The notes under the pieces were generated by a model that worked only from the letters and a program-made list of their open reading frames with translations, made no database searches and was not told where the DNA came from. A program made the translations under genes and the position numbers. This document shows, piece after piece, positions 30,705-41,038 of a DNA stretch of 64,000 bases (its first letter is position 1; every line of letters begins with the position of its first letter). Source of the DNA: an uncultured Candidatus Saccharibacteria bacterium (GTDB lineage: Bacteria > Patescibacteriota > Minisyncoccia > Phycocordibacterales > JAKFXT01); contig CAYLPX010000001.1 in the NCBI GenBank assembly GCA_964385825.1, positions 173,797 to 237,796 on the forward strand, read 5' to 3'.

Positions 30705-31595
30705 TTAACGTGAAGGTGTTGTAGTTACTCCAAGAAGTTTAAAAAACTTCTCTGGATCGATTGCTATACCATTACTGCGAATACTTAGATGGAGGTGCGC
30801 CCCCTCGGCATAGCCAGTATCCCCGGAGAGTCCGATTTTTTGCCCACCCGAGACGAGCTCTCCTTCTTTAACCAATCTTTTTGAAAGGTGTAGATAAAGT
30901 GAGTAAAGGCCATACCCGTGATCGACGGCAACTAAATTACCAAAAGTTCTGTAATACTGTGATATACGAACAACACCCCTATTGATAGCGAAAACGGGAG
31001 TTCCGGGAAGCGCTCTAAAGTCAGTACCTTTGTGTGCGATCTCTTCTCCAGCGGTAACTCGGGAATACCCATAACTATCAGTAACAATAGGTTTTGAAAT
31101 TGGGAACACAAAATCTTTTCGCCAGAACTGCTTTGCTGTACTCGGCGTTTTTTTCGTTAGTTGATATTGATCAGTCCCTAAATCACTAATTAACTTTTTA
31201 ACTGATGTGGTACTGGTCCCTCCGAGTTTTTGTGGTATCCCAAGTGGCGCTTCAATATGTGGCCGCGCTAGGATAGTAAATGGCATATGCTCAATCCTTC
31301 CATTTTTAAAATAAAGATCTACACTTGTAGTTCCAGTTTTTGCACGTAAATCCACACCGAAAAAAGCAACGGCTTCACCTTTATAGGTGAAAAAATTTAC
31401 CTTACTACCATTAATAGAAACCTTGCTTAGGCTCGAAGTTGAGGTAGTAGAAACTAAAGTTAGAAGGAGGGGCTCCCCTTGCATTACCGTACTTGGGGTT
31501 ATAGAGATACTTTGAGCGTAAGCTACATGGCCCCAAGAAGTCCCCAAAAATGCTGCGGTAATTAAAAGGGGGTAAAACAAATTTCTATGACTCAT
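30705..31595 (-). CDS. M23 family metallopeptidase (LytM-like), secreted
   Basis: HKGTDF and GDTGYAEGAHLHLSI motifs. Signal peptide begins at MSHRNLFYPLLITAAFL (start at 31593-31595). Confidence 0.85.
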   Translation of the reverse strand: MSHRNLFYPLLITAAFLGTSWGHVAYAQSISITPSTVMQGEPLLLTLVSTTSTSSLSKVSINGSKVNFFTYKGEAVAFFGVDLRAKTGTTSVDLYFKNGRIEHMPFTILARPHIEAPLGIPQKLGGTSTTSVKKLISDLGTDQYQLTKKTPSTAKQFWRKDFVFPISKPIVTDSYGYSRVTAGEEIAHKGTDFRALPGTPVFAINRGVVRISQYYRTFGNLVAVDHGYGLYSLYLHLSKRLVKEGELVSGGQKIGLSGDTGYAEGAHLHLSIRSNGIAIDPEKFFKLLGVTTTPSR

Positions 31596-31684
31596 AACTT
31601 CATTGTATGTGAGTACCTCCAAAAACAGAAGTTCACAGGAGGGTCTCTTCCGAAAACCCACCTTTTCTGGTATGGTAAGAACTT

Positions 31685-33154
31685 ATGGCAGGAGAAATAG
31701 TCGTCCGCTTTGAGGACGTATCATTTGAATACACCCCAAACAAACCCATCGTTGATGAGGTTTCTTTTACTGTGCGCCGTGGAAGCAAGGTAACCATTAT
31801 GGGTCAAAATGGGGCTGGCAAAAGCACCATTTTTAAACTGATCCGCAAAGGACTTGAGCCAACTAGCGGAGAAATCCACATTGGTCAAAAGCTTTCTATT
31901 GCAGAATCTCGTCAGGTTATCCCTCGAGATGAGCTGAGTTTAACTGTGCGAGATTTCTTCCAGAAGCAATTTACTGAAAAAATATATGATATCGATCCCC
32001 GTATTACTAAAATACTAGAAGTTGTAAATCTAAAACCACTTCATGGGAAAGTGGTGCATGACATGAAGATTAGTGAATTCTCAGGTGGCCAACAAGCCCG
32101 TATTCTTTTGGCCTCTGCACTCATCTTAAACCCTGACATACTTTTACTTGATGAGCCAACAAACAACTTGGATACTTCAGGAATTGAGCACTTAACAACC
32201 TTTATTAAAGAATACAAGAAAACAGTTATTGTCATTTCTCACGATGCCGAGTTCCTCAACTCTTTTACTGACTGTGTGCTCTACCTCGATGTTTTTACTA
32301 AAAAAGTTGAGCAGTATGCTGGTAACTACTTTGATGTGGTGCGAGAAATCACCGCCCGCATAGAGAGAGAAAATAAGAAGAATGCCCAACTCCAAAAAGC
32401 AATTCAGGCTAAAAAGGATCAGGCTAACGTCTTTGCTCATAAGGGAGGAAAGCTGCGACTAGTTGCAAGACGTATGCGCGAGTTAGCGGAAGAACTGGAG
32501 GAGGAAGTAGTTGATGTTCGCAAAGAAGACAAAACGATTAAACCCTTTACTATCCCCGCTCAAGACAATCTCTCGGGTGATGTGGTAACCTTTACTTCTA
32601 TTTCATACCTCAAAGAGCATAAACCTACAACTAAAAAACTATCACTTAAGCTAGGGAAGAAAACCCATGTCCTTTTGGCCGGCCCCAATGGAGTGGGTAA
32701 AACTACACTCCTTGAGGCCATAGCCAAAGGTGAAGCTAAGGGGGTGACTATAGTAGAGGGAACGCGTATTGGTTACTACCGCCAAGATTTCGGAAACCTA
32801 GACTTCAACCAGACAGTTTTTGAATGCCTTGTTGACTCAGCACCAGATAAATACAACCATGAAACAATGCGCTCCATTGCCTCCGGTTTTCATATTACTG
32901 GCGAAATGATGGGAACAAAGGTAGGAGCTCTTTCTGAGGGTCAAAAAGGGCTTGTTGCTTTTGCTAAAATTGTTATGGAAAAGCCAGGATTACTAATACT
33001 TGATGAACCCACCAACCACATCAACTTTCGTCACCTCCCTATTATCGCCAAAGCACTAGACCAGTATGAAGGAATTATGATTCTTGTCTCACACGTACCT
33101 GACTTCGTAAAGCAAATCCGTATTGATGAGATATTAGATCTGGGGGCTCTTTAA
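31685..33154 (+). CDS. ABC-F family ATPase (two ABC domains, no TMD)
   Basis: GQNGAGKST / LSGGQQARILLA and GPNGVGKTT / LSEGQKGLVAFA, with an inter-domain charged linker. Confidence 0.85.
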   Translation: MAGEIVVRFEDVSFEYTPNKPIVDEVSFTVRRGSKVTIMGQNGAGKSTIFKLIRKGLEPTSGEIHIGQKLSIAESRQVIPRDELSLTVRDFFQKQFTEKIYDIDPRITKILEVVNLKPLHGKVVHDMKISEFSGGQQARILLASALILNPDILLLDEPTNNLDTSGIEHLTTFIKEYKKTVIVISHDAEFLNSFTDCVLYLDVFTKKVEQYAGNYFDVVREITARIERENKKNAQLQKAIQAKKDQANVFAHKGGKLRLVARRMRELAEELEEEVVDVRKEDKTIKPFTIPAQDNLSGDVVTFTSISYLKEHKPTTKKLSLKLGKKTHVLLAGPNGVGKTTLLEAIAKGEAKGVTIVEGTRIGYYRQDFGNLDFNQTVFECLVDSAPDKYNHETMRSIASGFHITGEMMGTKVGALSEGQKGLVAFAKIVMEKPGLLILDEPTNHINFRHLPIIAKALDQYEGIMILVSHVPDFVKQIRIDEILDLGAL

Positions 33155-33159
33155 AACAA

Positions 33160-33188
33160 AAAACTCCCCGAAGGGAGCTTTTTGTTTT
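33160..33188. terminator. Bidirectional intrinsic terminator between ABC-F and DEAD-box helicase genes
   Basis: aaaaaactcccc-gaa-ggggagctttttgttttttt. Confidence 0.6.
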
Positions 33189-33190
33189 TT

Positions 33191-34438
33191 TTAGTCTACG
33201 AAAGTAAGAGCCTTACCCTTTTCTCCTCCGCGACCTGTTCGGCCGATTCGGTGCACATAGTCTTCATGCGTTGCTGGTAAATCGTAGTTAATTACATGCG
33301 ATACATTTGGAATATCGAGTCCACGTGCAGCCACATCAGTTGCCACCAATATTTGAGCTCGATTCTCTTTGAAATTACCAAGTGCGCGCTGACGCTGTGC
33401 ATGATTCTTGTCTCCATGAATAGATTCTGATTTAAAACCACGAGATGAGAGAGCGTTAGCCAACTTCTCTACTCCCCATTTGGTTTTTCCAAAGACAAGC
33501 ACTTTGTTGAACTCTTCTTTAGTTAAAAGATCATGAAGAATATCTATCTTTTCAGCACCTCGCTCAACGCGAACAATATCTTGATCAACATTTGCTGCAG
33601 TTTCTCCAGTACGAACAGAGATAGTGACAGGATCACGAAGAAAATCATGAATCAACCTTTCAATATCCTTTGAAAGGGTAGCGGAGAAGAAAAGCGTATG
33701 ATGCTTATACGGCATGAGTCCCATAATCTGACGCATGTCATTGATAAATCCCATGTCGAGCATACGATCAGCTTCATCAAGTACTACTGTATTAAAGGTG
33801 GATAGGTTAATAACCTTTCGCTCAATAAGATCCTTAATACGGCCTGGGGTGCCAATAATAAAACTATTATGATACCGAAGATCGCGAATCTGTTTACCGA
33901 TAGGAGCACCTCCAACTACGCACACTGAAAAAATGCGCATGCCTTCAGTAAACTTCCGAAGCTCATCTTCAATCTGAATAGCGAGCTCACGAGTTGGCAC
34001 CATAACCAAAATCTGCTCTTTGCGATTAAGCAAGACTTTATTAATAAGCGGAATGAGAAAAGCGGCTGTTTTACCAGTACCAGTATTTGCAATACCAACA
34101 ATATCCTTCCCCGCGAGTACTACAGGAATTGCATCGTCCTGAATTGGAGTTGGAGTAGTATACCCCTTTGATACAATATTTTTCTTTAAACCTTCTTCAA
34201 TAGCAAAATCCGTAAAGGCATGCTTACTGACATACGGCTTAGTAGCCACTTGCTCCTTGGCCTTGCTCACAAAACGAGAGACATCAATCCCTCGATCAAA
34301 AGGTGCTCGTCCACGACGAAAACCACCTCGCGAGCCACCACGAGAAATACCGGCACGACCCCTAAAGGTCCCATTACCTCTACTATATGGAGAGGCTCGG
34401 CCCCCGCTATGAGAGCCACTTGTTTGTCTTGAATACAT
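33191..34438 (-). CDS. DEAD-box ATP-dependent RNA helicase with N-terminal RGG/Gly-Arg-rich tail
   Basis: Q-motif and Walker A NTGTGKTAAF, plus PTRELA, VLDEADRMLDMGF, SAT, and HRIGRTGR motifs. Start at MYSRQ (cat at 34436-34438). Confidence 0.9.
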   Translation of the reverse strand: MYSRQTSGSHSGGRASPYSRGNGTFRGRAGISRGGSRGGFRRGRAPFDRGIDVSRFVSKAKEQVATKPYVSKHAFTDFAIEEGLKKNIVSKGYTTPTPIQDDAIPVVLAGKDIVGIANTGTGKTAAFLIPLINKVLLNRKEQILVMVPTRELAIQIEDELRKFTEGMRIFSVCVVGGAPIGKQIRDLRYHNSFIIGTPGRIKDLIERKVINLSTFNTVVLDEADRMLDMGFINDMRQIMGLMPYKHHTLFFSATLSKDIERLIHDFLRDPVTISVRTGETAANVDQDIVRVERGAEKIDILHDLLTKEEFNKVLVFGKTKWGVEKLANALSSRGFKSESIHGDKNHAQRQRALGNFKENRAQILVATDVAARGLDIPNVSHVINYDLPATHEDYVHRIGRTGRGGEKGKALTFVD

Positions 34439-34584
34439 TGCTTTTTCGTTGTTCTCTAAAACTCTGCTTTTGCTGATGCATATCAGGAAGAGAACAACCT
34501 CTTTCAAAACAAAACTTAAGAGAAATTAAGTAATGAAAGAATCATAGCGTAAAAGTCATTACTTGTCAAACTGGCACGAAGTAC

Positions 34585-35019
34585 TTAGCTAATCTTTTTT
34601 ACGGCCTTCTTTACAGTTTTTTTGGCTACTTTTGTACCCTTTGCAACTACTTTTTTTACCGTTTTTTTAGCCGCCCCTGCTTCTTTTTTTAATTCAGCAG
34701 CTACATCCTTCCATGCTCCCCCAACTACCCGAGCAAACTCAGCAACATCCTTCTTGTCTAACTTTTGTACTTGCTCATACTTCTTAGAAACAGTAGCAAT
34801 AATAGCCTTAACATTTTTTTCACTAAGTGCAGTATTTTTCAGCTTCTTTACTTCCGTTACGATCTCCTTCTCGGCCTTCTGCATCCATGATGCCATATGC
34901 TGTCTATGCTTCTTAGCTTCTTTACTGCCATAGAAGTAATAAGCTCCCGCTGCCGCACCAGCCGCTACAGCTGCTGCTCCTAATATACTAACTTTTGAAA
35001 TCGGTTTTGTTTTTTTCAT
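34585..35019 (-). CDS. Hypothetical protein with N-terminal TM and Lys/Ala-rich histone-H1-like C-terminal tail
   Basis: AKKTVKKVVAKGTKVAKKTVKKAVKK repeats. Confidence 0.45.
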   Translation of the reverse strand: MKKTKPISKVSILGAAAVAAGAAAGAYYFYGSKEAKKHRQHMASWMQKAEKEIVTEVKKLKNTALSEKNVKAIIATVSKKYEQVQKLDKKDVAEFARVVGGAWKDVAAELKKEAGAAKKTVKKVVAKGTKVAKKTVKKAVKKIS

Positions 35020-35031
35020 AGTGTGTTTTAA

Positions 35032-35352
35032 TTAGCTGCTCACATCTTCTTTCTCGTCTTTAACTTTACGTGTCTTTCTTTGAGCTTTTTCTTGTGGGAA
35101 CCAGCCAGCACGTTTACCAAAAAAATTTATAATATGTTTGAAACGCACACCGTCTTGCTCTACGTTGCGCCGCAGATCAAGTAAGTCCTTCCCTAAGACC
35201 TCACTCCCCCTTTCAACCCTACTCGTAATATTCCTGACATTTCTTAAAATTCCAACCACATAGTAGAGTGCCGCTGACAAAAGAATTGTCAGGACAACAA
35301 CTGCAATAGCAGTAATAAAGAAAAAAATATTGGCGTGAAGAATTTCGCTCAC
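35032..35352 (-). CDS. Hypothetical membrane protein (106 aa)
   Basis: ORF track. One TM helix and a charged C-terminus. Confidence 0.45.
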   Translation of the reverse strand: MSEILHANIFFFITAIAVVVLTILLSAALYYVVGILRNVRNITSRVERGSEVLGKDLLDLRRNVEQDGVRFKHIINFFGKRAGWFPQEKAQRKTRKVKDEKEDVSS

Positions 35353-35377
35353 CCTCTAAGTATACCCTGTAGTAGAG

Positions 35378-35866
35378 CTACTTAACAACAACCGTAGTTT
35401 TAAAGTTTATGACGGTAGTTGAACACCCCTTACCAGAATCACAATGTGGTCGCCCTTCAGCTCTAATAGTAGTCATTCCTGGCTTTAGACCCACATACGT
35501 ACCCTGAACACCACGGACGACTTGGAAGTTTTGTATTTGCCCAACAGTAGCTGTATCACCAATTAGCACGGTCCAATCAAATTCACCGAGTGCTAATGTA
35601 AAGTGAACTCCCTTTTTAACATTTACCACTTGATTGTTTTGCTTTTGAGTAATAGTGGTCACGTAGGTTACTGGACTCTCAACTGGAGTCTTACTAGTAA
35701 CTACAGGCTTAGTGGGTGTCGCACTTTTTACAGTAGTTGTACTTGTAGAATTAACTGCTGAAACAGGAGGATTACTTCCGCTCGGCATTACATAATCCGC
35801 CACCACAATGAGTACAATGATGACTCCTAAAACAATGATAGCGCTAGTTGATAATGCTTTTTTCAT
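35378..35866 (-). CDS. Hypothetical secreted/membrane-anchored protein (162 aa)
   Basis: ORF track. N-terminal TM, then a Ser/Thr-rich linker. Confidence 0.5.
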   Translation of the reverse strand: MKKALSTSAIIVLGVIIVLIVVADYVMPSGSNPPVSAVNSTSTTTVKSATPTKPVVTSKTPVESPVTYVTTITQKQNNQVVNVKKGVHFTLALGEFDWTVLIGDTATVGQIQNFQVVRGVQGTYVGLKPGMTTIRAEGRPHCDSGKGCSTTVINFKTTVVVK

Positions 35867-35959
35867 ACGAGCTAAAAATAATTTATTAATACTCTAAGTA
35901 TGTCAAACAAACATTACCTCGTACAGAAAGTACTGTGTAAATCTTTTATGGGTTATTCC

Positions 35960-36673
35960 TTAACCCCGAGTATCAGAGTAAAAAATGTTAGCCTTCCAAT
36001 TATCAATAACTTTCTTACTCATAAGAAAAATATTTTCCGGTAGATCATCAATATCAAACCAAGTCCAACCCTTAGACTTTTCCGGTTCCATAGTTTTAGG
36101 ATCTCCCACAAGAGAGTTAGCCAAGACCCCAACACTTACATAATGCTTTCCATACATGATATCGTTGCCCAGCGAGATTATTCCCTTTATTTCTATATCT
36201 ACAAGGCCAGTTTCTTCAGCCACTTCTCTTTTAGCAGTTTCCTCAAAAGTTTCTCCGTATTCTAAGTGCCCTCCAGGCAATTGAAAGTTTCCGCTTCCAT
36301 GTCCAGCCAAGCGCTCACCTAAAAGAATTTTCCCATTGCGCACCACTATTACTCCTATACCAACCTTTGGTCGACTTTCCTTACTTTTTGGCAACCCCCA
36401 CATCCACTTGGGAGACTCACCTGTTTTGTAACAAATTAAGATTAAAGCAGATACAAGCGCAAAAGTTTCTAATATAAAAGCAAGACCAGTCTCGTAAGGA
36501 GTTTCACCCCCTATCTTAAGGCGCAATGCATTCAGTACCAGCAACGCAACAAACACCAAGAGTACTGTCCATCCCTGCCAGGTAGCTGGCGTCCAACCCC
36601 AGCCATACAGCTTCCTTTTAAACCAATACTTCTCTGGATTCTTTTTTAGATACTCTATATATTCTTTAACCAT
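35960..36673 (-). CDS. NUDIX hydrolase fused to N-terminal membrane domain
   Basis: Nudix box GHLEYGETFEETAKREVAEETGL. Start ATG at 36671-36673 overlaps the TAA stop of the upstream gene (ATATG/TAA). Confidence 0.8.
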   Translation of the reverse strand: MVKEYIEYLKKNPEKYWFKRKLYGWGWTPATWQGWTVLLVFVALLVLNALRLKIGGETPYETGLAFILETFALVSALILICYKTGESPKWMWGLPKSKESRPKVGIGVIVVRNGKILLGERLAGHGSGNFQLPGGHLEYGETFEETAKREVAEETGLVDIEIKGIISLGNDIMYGKHYVSVGVLANSLVGDPKTMEPEKSKGWTWFDIDDLPENIFLMSKKVIDNWKANIFYSDTRG

Positions 36674-36674
36674 A

Positions 36675-37346
36675 TTAGTCGGCCACACAAACACCTCCAA
36701 CGTCACCAAAGGGTAGATGAGACCCAGGAACAGGCGCACAGTGGGCTCCTGCACTACAACTGAGGACTGTAGTCATGTTGCCGCCACAATGTTCACCTAT
36801 CTTTGCCGTACGTACCACTTCAAGAAGTGTATTCCCTTCAACCTTTAAATACTTACTTACACCAACTGAGGGCGGTGTCGTCATAGGATCCCCCACTTTC
36901 CGCTCAGCATAGTTTACAATGAGCTGCCCATCTTTTATTTCAGTACTCTGTGGAGCTATTCTATCTCCCAATAAAATCGCGTTGGTTCCCACATACCCAC
37001 CAACTCCTTTAAGTGCTACAACTACATAGTAAAAGGTTCCACTACCACCAGTACTCTGCGTTAAAATGAAAGCTGTATCAGCTTCCCCATTACCATCCAA
37101 GTCTCCCGTGGCCTCATTACCAAAATATTGAGTTAGGGTAGTTACTGAGGATGAGGGGGTTTCAGCAATTTCAGCTCGCCCATCAATTAAAGCCACTGAC
37201 TGCCCATGTATAAGGTAAGTACTGTTTTTGTAAGAGGGCACTTTAGGAGTCTGTGCAGTAGGTTGAGTATCTACGTGTCTACTATACCAATAGATACCCC
37301 CCACTAATAGGCAAACACAAATTAAGATCCAAATTGCTTTTTTCAT
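36675..37346 (-). CDS. Hypothetical secreted protein (N-terminal TM/signal)
   Basis: ORF track. Start probably at MKKAIWILICV. Confidence 0.5.
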   Translation of the reverse strand: MKKAIWILICVCLLVGGIYWYSRHVDTQPTAQTPKVPSYKNSTYLIHGQSVALIDGRAEIAETPSSSVTTLTQYFGNEATGDLDGNGEADTAFILTQSTGGSGTFYYVVVALKGVGGYVGTNAILLGDRIAPQSTEIKDGQLIVNYAERKVGDPMTTPPSVGVSKYLKVEGNTLLEVVRTAKIGEHCGGNMTTVLSCSAGAHCAPVPGSHLPFGDVGGVCVAD

Positions 37347-37357
37347 ACCAGTTAATA

Positions 37358-37636
37358 CTACCACCCCGTGTCACCATCCAAAAACCACCTTGAATCAATC
37401 TTAACCAATTTTATAATGTTACCAGAGGAAAGTTTGCAATATGCAAAAGTATCCTTTTTTTCAAGAAGTTCCTGACAACCTCTAAAATTGTAGTAATTTT
37501 CAAAACTGCTATGAGCAAGATGGAGATAGTGCGCCCACCACAAAGCAAAAACAATCCCTATCATAAAGAGTGTCCCAAGTATAAAAAGTGACTGTTTAAA
37601 CGGCATAGGCATATATACCTGTAACACGCACCACAC
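37358..37636 (-). CDS. Hypothetical small membrane protein
   Basis: ORF track. Confidence 0.4.
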   Translation of the reverse strand: MWCVLQVYMPMPFKQSLFILGTLFMIGIVFALWWAHYLHLAHSSFENYYNFRGCQELLEKKDTFAYCKLSSGNIIKLVKIDSRWFLDGDTGW

Positions 37637-37654
37637 TTAACAAGTGACCCCTCC

Positions 37655-37849
37655 CTAATGACTAATTTTAAAACCAAGATAAATACCTAGGAGTCCTCCA
37701 ACTGCCGTAAGTAAAATAGAAGTAAAGGAAAACAAACTTCCACCCCAAAGCACAGGTAAGTAACCACCTAGGGAAGAGCCAATGATCATACCGGTCATTA
37801 CTACTTTTTTACTATCCATAAAAGTTTTATATAAAAACAATACTATCAT
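37655..37849 (-). CDS. Hypothetical 64-aa two-TM protein
   Basis: ORF track. Gly-rich TM helices. Confidence 0.4.
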   Translation of the reverse strand: MIVLFLYKTFMDSKKVVMTGMIIGSSLGGYLPVLWGGSLFSFTSILLTAVGGLLGIYLGFKISH

Positions 37850-37877
37850 AAAAAAACGCCGCCCCTACGGGGCGGCG
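37850..37877 (-). terminator. Intrinsic terminator for cassette B (gccgcccc-tacg-gggcggc then U-run on minus strand)
   Basis: Read directly. Plus strand aaaaaaacgccgcccctacggggcggcggc. Confidence 0.7.
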
Positions 37878-37880
37878 GCC

Positions 37881-38285
37881 TCACACAGACGCCGGCAACG
37901 ACCGGACCGTGAGATTGAGAGTGGTACGCGCGTTGACCGACCCCATGACTTGGGCAATCAATGAACGGTACGGAGCCCACCCCTCCGTATGTTTGGTGTA
38001 GAAAATGATCTCCTCAACGCCGATTTCGTGAACCTGGCTGACCACCAGCATCACCAGGCGAGGCTCGATTTTCTGCAACTGATAATCGTAATACGGAACT
38101 GGGGCGGTTGAACTAATGAGACCGAAAAGTCCTGAGAGGATGAAGAATGGAATCCTCTCCTGCTCGGCAATCAATCTCACATAGCCAATATGGCTTCCCA
38201 GGTACCTTTCCTGCGCTGGTAAATCCTCATCATCATGCCGCTTTTCGCGGCTACAAATGGTTACCATAATTCGCTTCTTGGCCAT
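37881..38285 (-). CDS. GC-enriched cassette B: hypothetical 134-aa protein with own SD (AAAGGAGG) and terminator
   Basis: revcomp of 38286-38300 gives gaaaggaggtcagccATG. Terminator directly after the stop. Composition is richer in GC than its neighbours. Confidence 0.55.
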   Translation of the reverse strand: MAKKRIMVTICSREKRHDDEDLPAQERYLGSHIGYVRLIAEQERIPFFILSGLFGLISSTAPVPYYDYQLQKIEPRLVMLVVSQVHEIGVEEIIFYTKHTEGWAPYRSLIAQVMGSVNARTTLNLTVRSLPASV

Positions 38286-38323
38286 GGCTGACCTCCTTTC
38301 CTAGCGAACTATGCGTTATTTTT

Positions 38324-38761
38324 CTAAAAAAGTCTAGACTGCAGAAGGTATGGGCCAAATATCAAAATCCCAACAACAAAAGCCGTTAGTGCCGACAGGA
38401 AAACAGCTCCAGCGGCAACATCTTTAGTATTCCGCGCAAAAGGATGATATTCCGGAGAAGTAAGATCAATATCTATCTCTATCGCAGTATTGAATGCCTC
38501 AGAAACAAAAACAAAACCAGCTGCTAGTATCAAAAACATCCATTCTGTCTTAGTAATATGGAGCGCAAAGCCAAGGACAACGGCAAACAAAAAAAGAGTG
38601 CAATGTATCCACGCATTGTGTGTAGTGGTTATAAAAAGCCAAAGACCGCGAAGAGCATGCCTGAAACTTGAGACCCTTGCTCTAACAGTAAATTTTTTAT
38701 CAGTTTCCATATAACAAGTAAAACCTTTAGTGATGTCCCCCTCCTCCACCCTTACCACCAA
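38324..38761 (-). CDS. dgkA: Diacylglycerol kinase / undecaprenol kinase family (DgkA-like) membrane protein
   Basis: Three TM helices and a SEAFNTAIEIDID motif resembling the DgkA E..N.AIE signature. Confidence 0.55.
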   Translation of the reverse strand: MVVRVEEGDITKGFTCYMETDKKFTVRARVSSFRHALRGLWLFITTTHNAWIHCTLFLFAVVLGFALHITKTEWMFLILAAGFVFVSEAFNTAIEIDIDLTSPEYHPFARNTKDVAAGAVFLSALTAFVVGILIFGPYLLQSRLF

Positions 38762-38924
38762 GAAAAAGATGATTAAGGAGAAGGAGCACTACAAGTCCAA
38801 GTAGCGCTGACTCCAAAAAGCCAACAAAGTTAGTAAGCCCTCCATAGAAAAGTGCATGCAGAACGAGTACGACATACACCACATTTAGAATAATGATGAT
38901 AAAGCGCATACAGAAATAATATAC

Positions 38925-40415
38925 CTATTTTAAAATATTCCACATAGCCTGATCTTCTGCTCCGCCCATACTAAAGACTGCTACCCCACGAAGTCCGAGC
39001 CTTTTAGCCATGTCTATCTTATCCTTTATAGCCACTGCATCACTCCACGTCATGTAGTTAAAAGGCTGTGTTCCTCCAAGGAGCGAGCTGGCGTTCTGCA
39101 CAGTAGTTATAGTTGGTTCTGTTTGCTGTGTTTGTGCTGAATCATTGCCTGTCGGGGCCACGGCTGCCAAGACCTTAGGATCATAGGTAAAGCCGAGTTC
39201 GTTAGCACTTGTGCGCGACGGAGTAATGCCAAGCTTTGTTGCCACCTTCATGGCATAGTCAGGATTAAAGGCCCAGAGAACTTTATACCGATATGAGCCA
39301 CTAACTGGAGTGACCAGATATTCATACCCATAAGCCGGTACTCCGAGGATTAATTTGTTCTTAGCGATATTCTGCGCGGCCAAAGTTATCAAATCCTCCA
39401 CCCAGCCAGGATCAGCGACAGGTGCGTACGGAGCTTGACGTGCAATATTAAGACGTCTATCCACTGTACCCTGATCATAGGCCATGATTTCCACTCGATC
39501 ACAGTACTTATTCATAGCATTGTAATCATTAGCAAAATCAGTTGCGTCCGGCGGTATAGTTTCCCCAGGAAGATAACGATCTATAAGTGGCATACGAGCC
39601 TCAATAGTGCAGTACACTAACTTCTTTCCCATGCGCTGATAAAGCCCTTTAAGAAAAGTAGAGAAGTAGTCTCTTGTCTTTTCCTGCTTTGCTTCAAAAT
39701 CTATATCTATCCCATCAAAGTTATTATTTTTTACCAAAGCAACGATTTCATCCTCAAGGGCTATGCGTTTTTTAGTGTCACTCAGCACTGCATGTATCGC
39801 AGGTCCACTTCCCCACACCACCGTTGGCACAATACGAACCTTGTTCCTCCGAGCTTCAGCTAGAAAAGCTGGCCAAGGATCCTGACTTATTTTTGCATCA
39901 TCTATGAGGTGCCCATCACTCCCAACCTTGTATCCGAAGGGCATGACTGAGGTTAGCTGTTTAATATGTGGGAGTACATCTAAGGTTCCACTCGCCGCGC
40001 GCCAACCAGGAACCCAACCAGAATATTCAAAAGCCCCTTTCCATGGACCAGTAAGGGACGAACCAGTTATGGCCCCACCTGTACTAGCTGAAATAGGGAG
40101 CCCCGCGAGCGCTGTTGCGGTCTTGCCACTCACTACTCCGAAACCATTCGCCGATGTGCCTGTACAAACAATATTCTGATCACATTGGAACTTTTTCACC
40201 GCTTTTTCTGTGAGGGGGCCGAAATATCCTGTCGCGTTTCCACTTAAATATCCTTTACTAATTAACGTAGTTTGAAGTGTGACAACATCGTCCCCCGAAA
40301 GCCCGAGTGAGAGTGTGCGAGTAGCCGCACTACTAACGAGCGGCTGCAAGAAAAAAACACTTAGCGAAAAAGTGGCAAGCAGCCAAGGAAAATAATTTCT
40401 GGGTGTGCTGAACAT
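38925..40415 (-). CDS. Secreted glycoside hydrolase family 18 (chitinase/lysozyme-like) with N-terminal peptidoglycan-binding domain
   Basis: PG_binding_1-like LSLGLSGDDVVTLQTTLISKGYL...FGPLTEKAVKKFQ and GH18 catalytic motif FDGIDIDFE. Confidence 0.8.
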   Translation of the reverse strand: MFSTPRNYFPWLLATFSLSVFFLQPLVSSAATRTLSLGLSGDDVVTLQTTLISKGYLSGNATGYFGPLTEKAVKKFQCDQNIVCTGTSANGFGVVSGKTATALAGLPISASTGGAITGSSLTGPWKGAFEYSGWVPGWRAASGTLDVLPHIKQLTSVMPFGYKVGSDGHLIDDAKISQDPWPAFLAEARRNKVRIVPTVVWGSGPAIHAVLSDTKKRIALEDEIVALVKNNNFDGIDIDFEAKQEKTRDYFSTFLKGLYQRMGKKLVYCTIEARMPLIDRYLPGETIPPDATDFANDYNAMNKYCDRVEIMAYDQGTVDRRLNIARQAPYAPVADPGWVEDLITLAAQNIAKNKLILGVPAYGYEYLVTPVSGSYRYKVLWAFNPDYAMKVATKLGITPSRTSANELGFTYDPKVLAAVAPTGNDSAQTQQTEPTITTVQNASSLLGGTQPFNYMTWSDAVAIKDKIDMAKRLGLRGVAVFSMGGAEDQAMWNILK

Positions 40416-40486
40416 TATGCAATTCTACCACGCCAAACGAAGAGTAAAGAACTAGTTCACAAAATGCTGTTTTTAAATATAGCCGA

Positions 40487-40813
40487 CTAAAAGTTGGCCG
40501 GCACTAATACTGTACCTGTTTTAGCTTGAAAGAGAACGAATCCTAAAAAGACAAGGACAAAACAGACAAAGAAACCTACGGTTTTAAAAAAGAATACATA
40601 CGCTTCCTTTTTCTGTCCATCTATATAGAGCATGAGGGGTTTTGAAAGAAACAGGAATCCCATGACGAGTGCCGAGAGCACAAGGAGGCTAAGCATAATC
40701 ATAGGTACAAAGAGTTCTTTGCCTTGTATACCCTCTGTTATAGCATTCATCGTAAAGACAATACCTACTATGTATAAGGCTGCGGCACTCGCATGTATAA
40801 ATGGTTTGTTCAT
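40487..40813 (-). CDS. Hypothetical 4-TM membrane protein
   Basis: ORF track. Confidence 0.45.
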   Translation of the reverse strand: MNKPFIHASAAALYIVGIVFTMNAITEGIQGKELFVPMIMLSLLVLSALVMGFLFLSKPLMLYIDGQKKEAYVFFFKTVGFFVCFVLVFLGFVLFQAKTGTVLVPANF

Positions 40814-40850
40814 GAGAGTAGAACTAAGGGGATGTGAATAAGGTTACAAA

Positions 40851-41030
40851 CTATTTCACTTCAACATTCTTCGCAAGTGTCTTGAATCGCTCACCGCTTG
40901 CTTCTAGTACTGTTATAGTCACGGCTCCGGTCTTACTGGTGTTAATATCCCTTACCACACCGGACTTACCCTTGTGGGTACCAGCAATAACTTTGCAATG
41001 AGCTCCATCTTTGAGTTTGGTAGAAGTCAT
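40851..41030 (-). CDS. Small (59 aa) KOW-motif protein (ribosomal L24 N-terminus-like), not in ORF track
   Basis: Careful by-eye translation: MTSTKLKDGAHCKVIAGTHKGKSGVVRDINTSKTGAVTITVLEASGERFKTLAKNVEVK. The KVIAGTHKGKSGVV block resembles a KOW motif. Starts 8 nt after the LRR gene stop. Confidence 0.4.
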   Translation of the reverse strand: MTSTKLKDGAHCKVIAGTHKGKSGVVRDINTSKTGAVTITVLEASGERFKTLAKNVEVK

Positions 41031-41038
41031 TGATTATA

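Noticed and set aside
38727-38909. 60-aa TM ORF overlapping the start of dgkA
   Set aside because: Overlaps the dgkA start out of frame and has a Gly/His homopolymeric tail. Probably non-coding.
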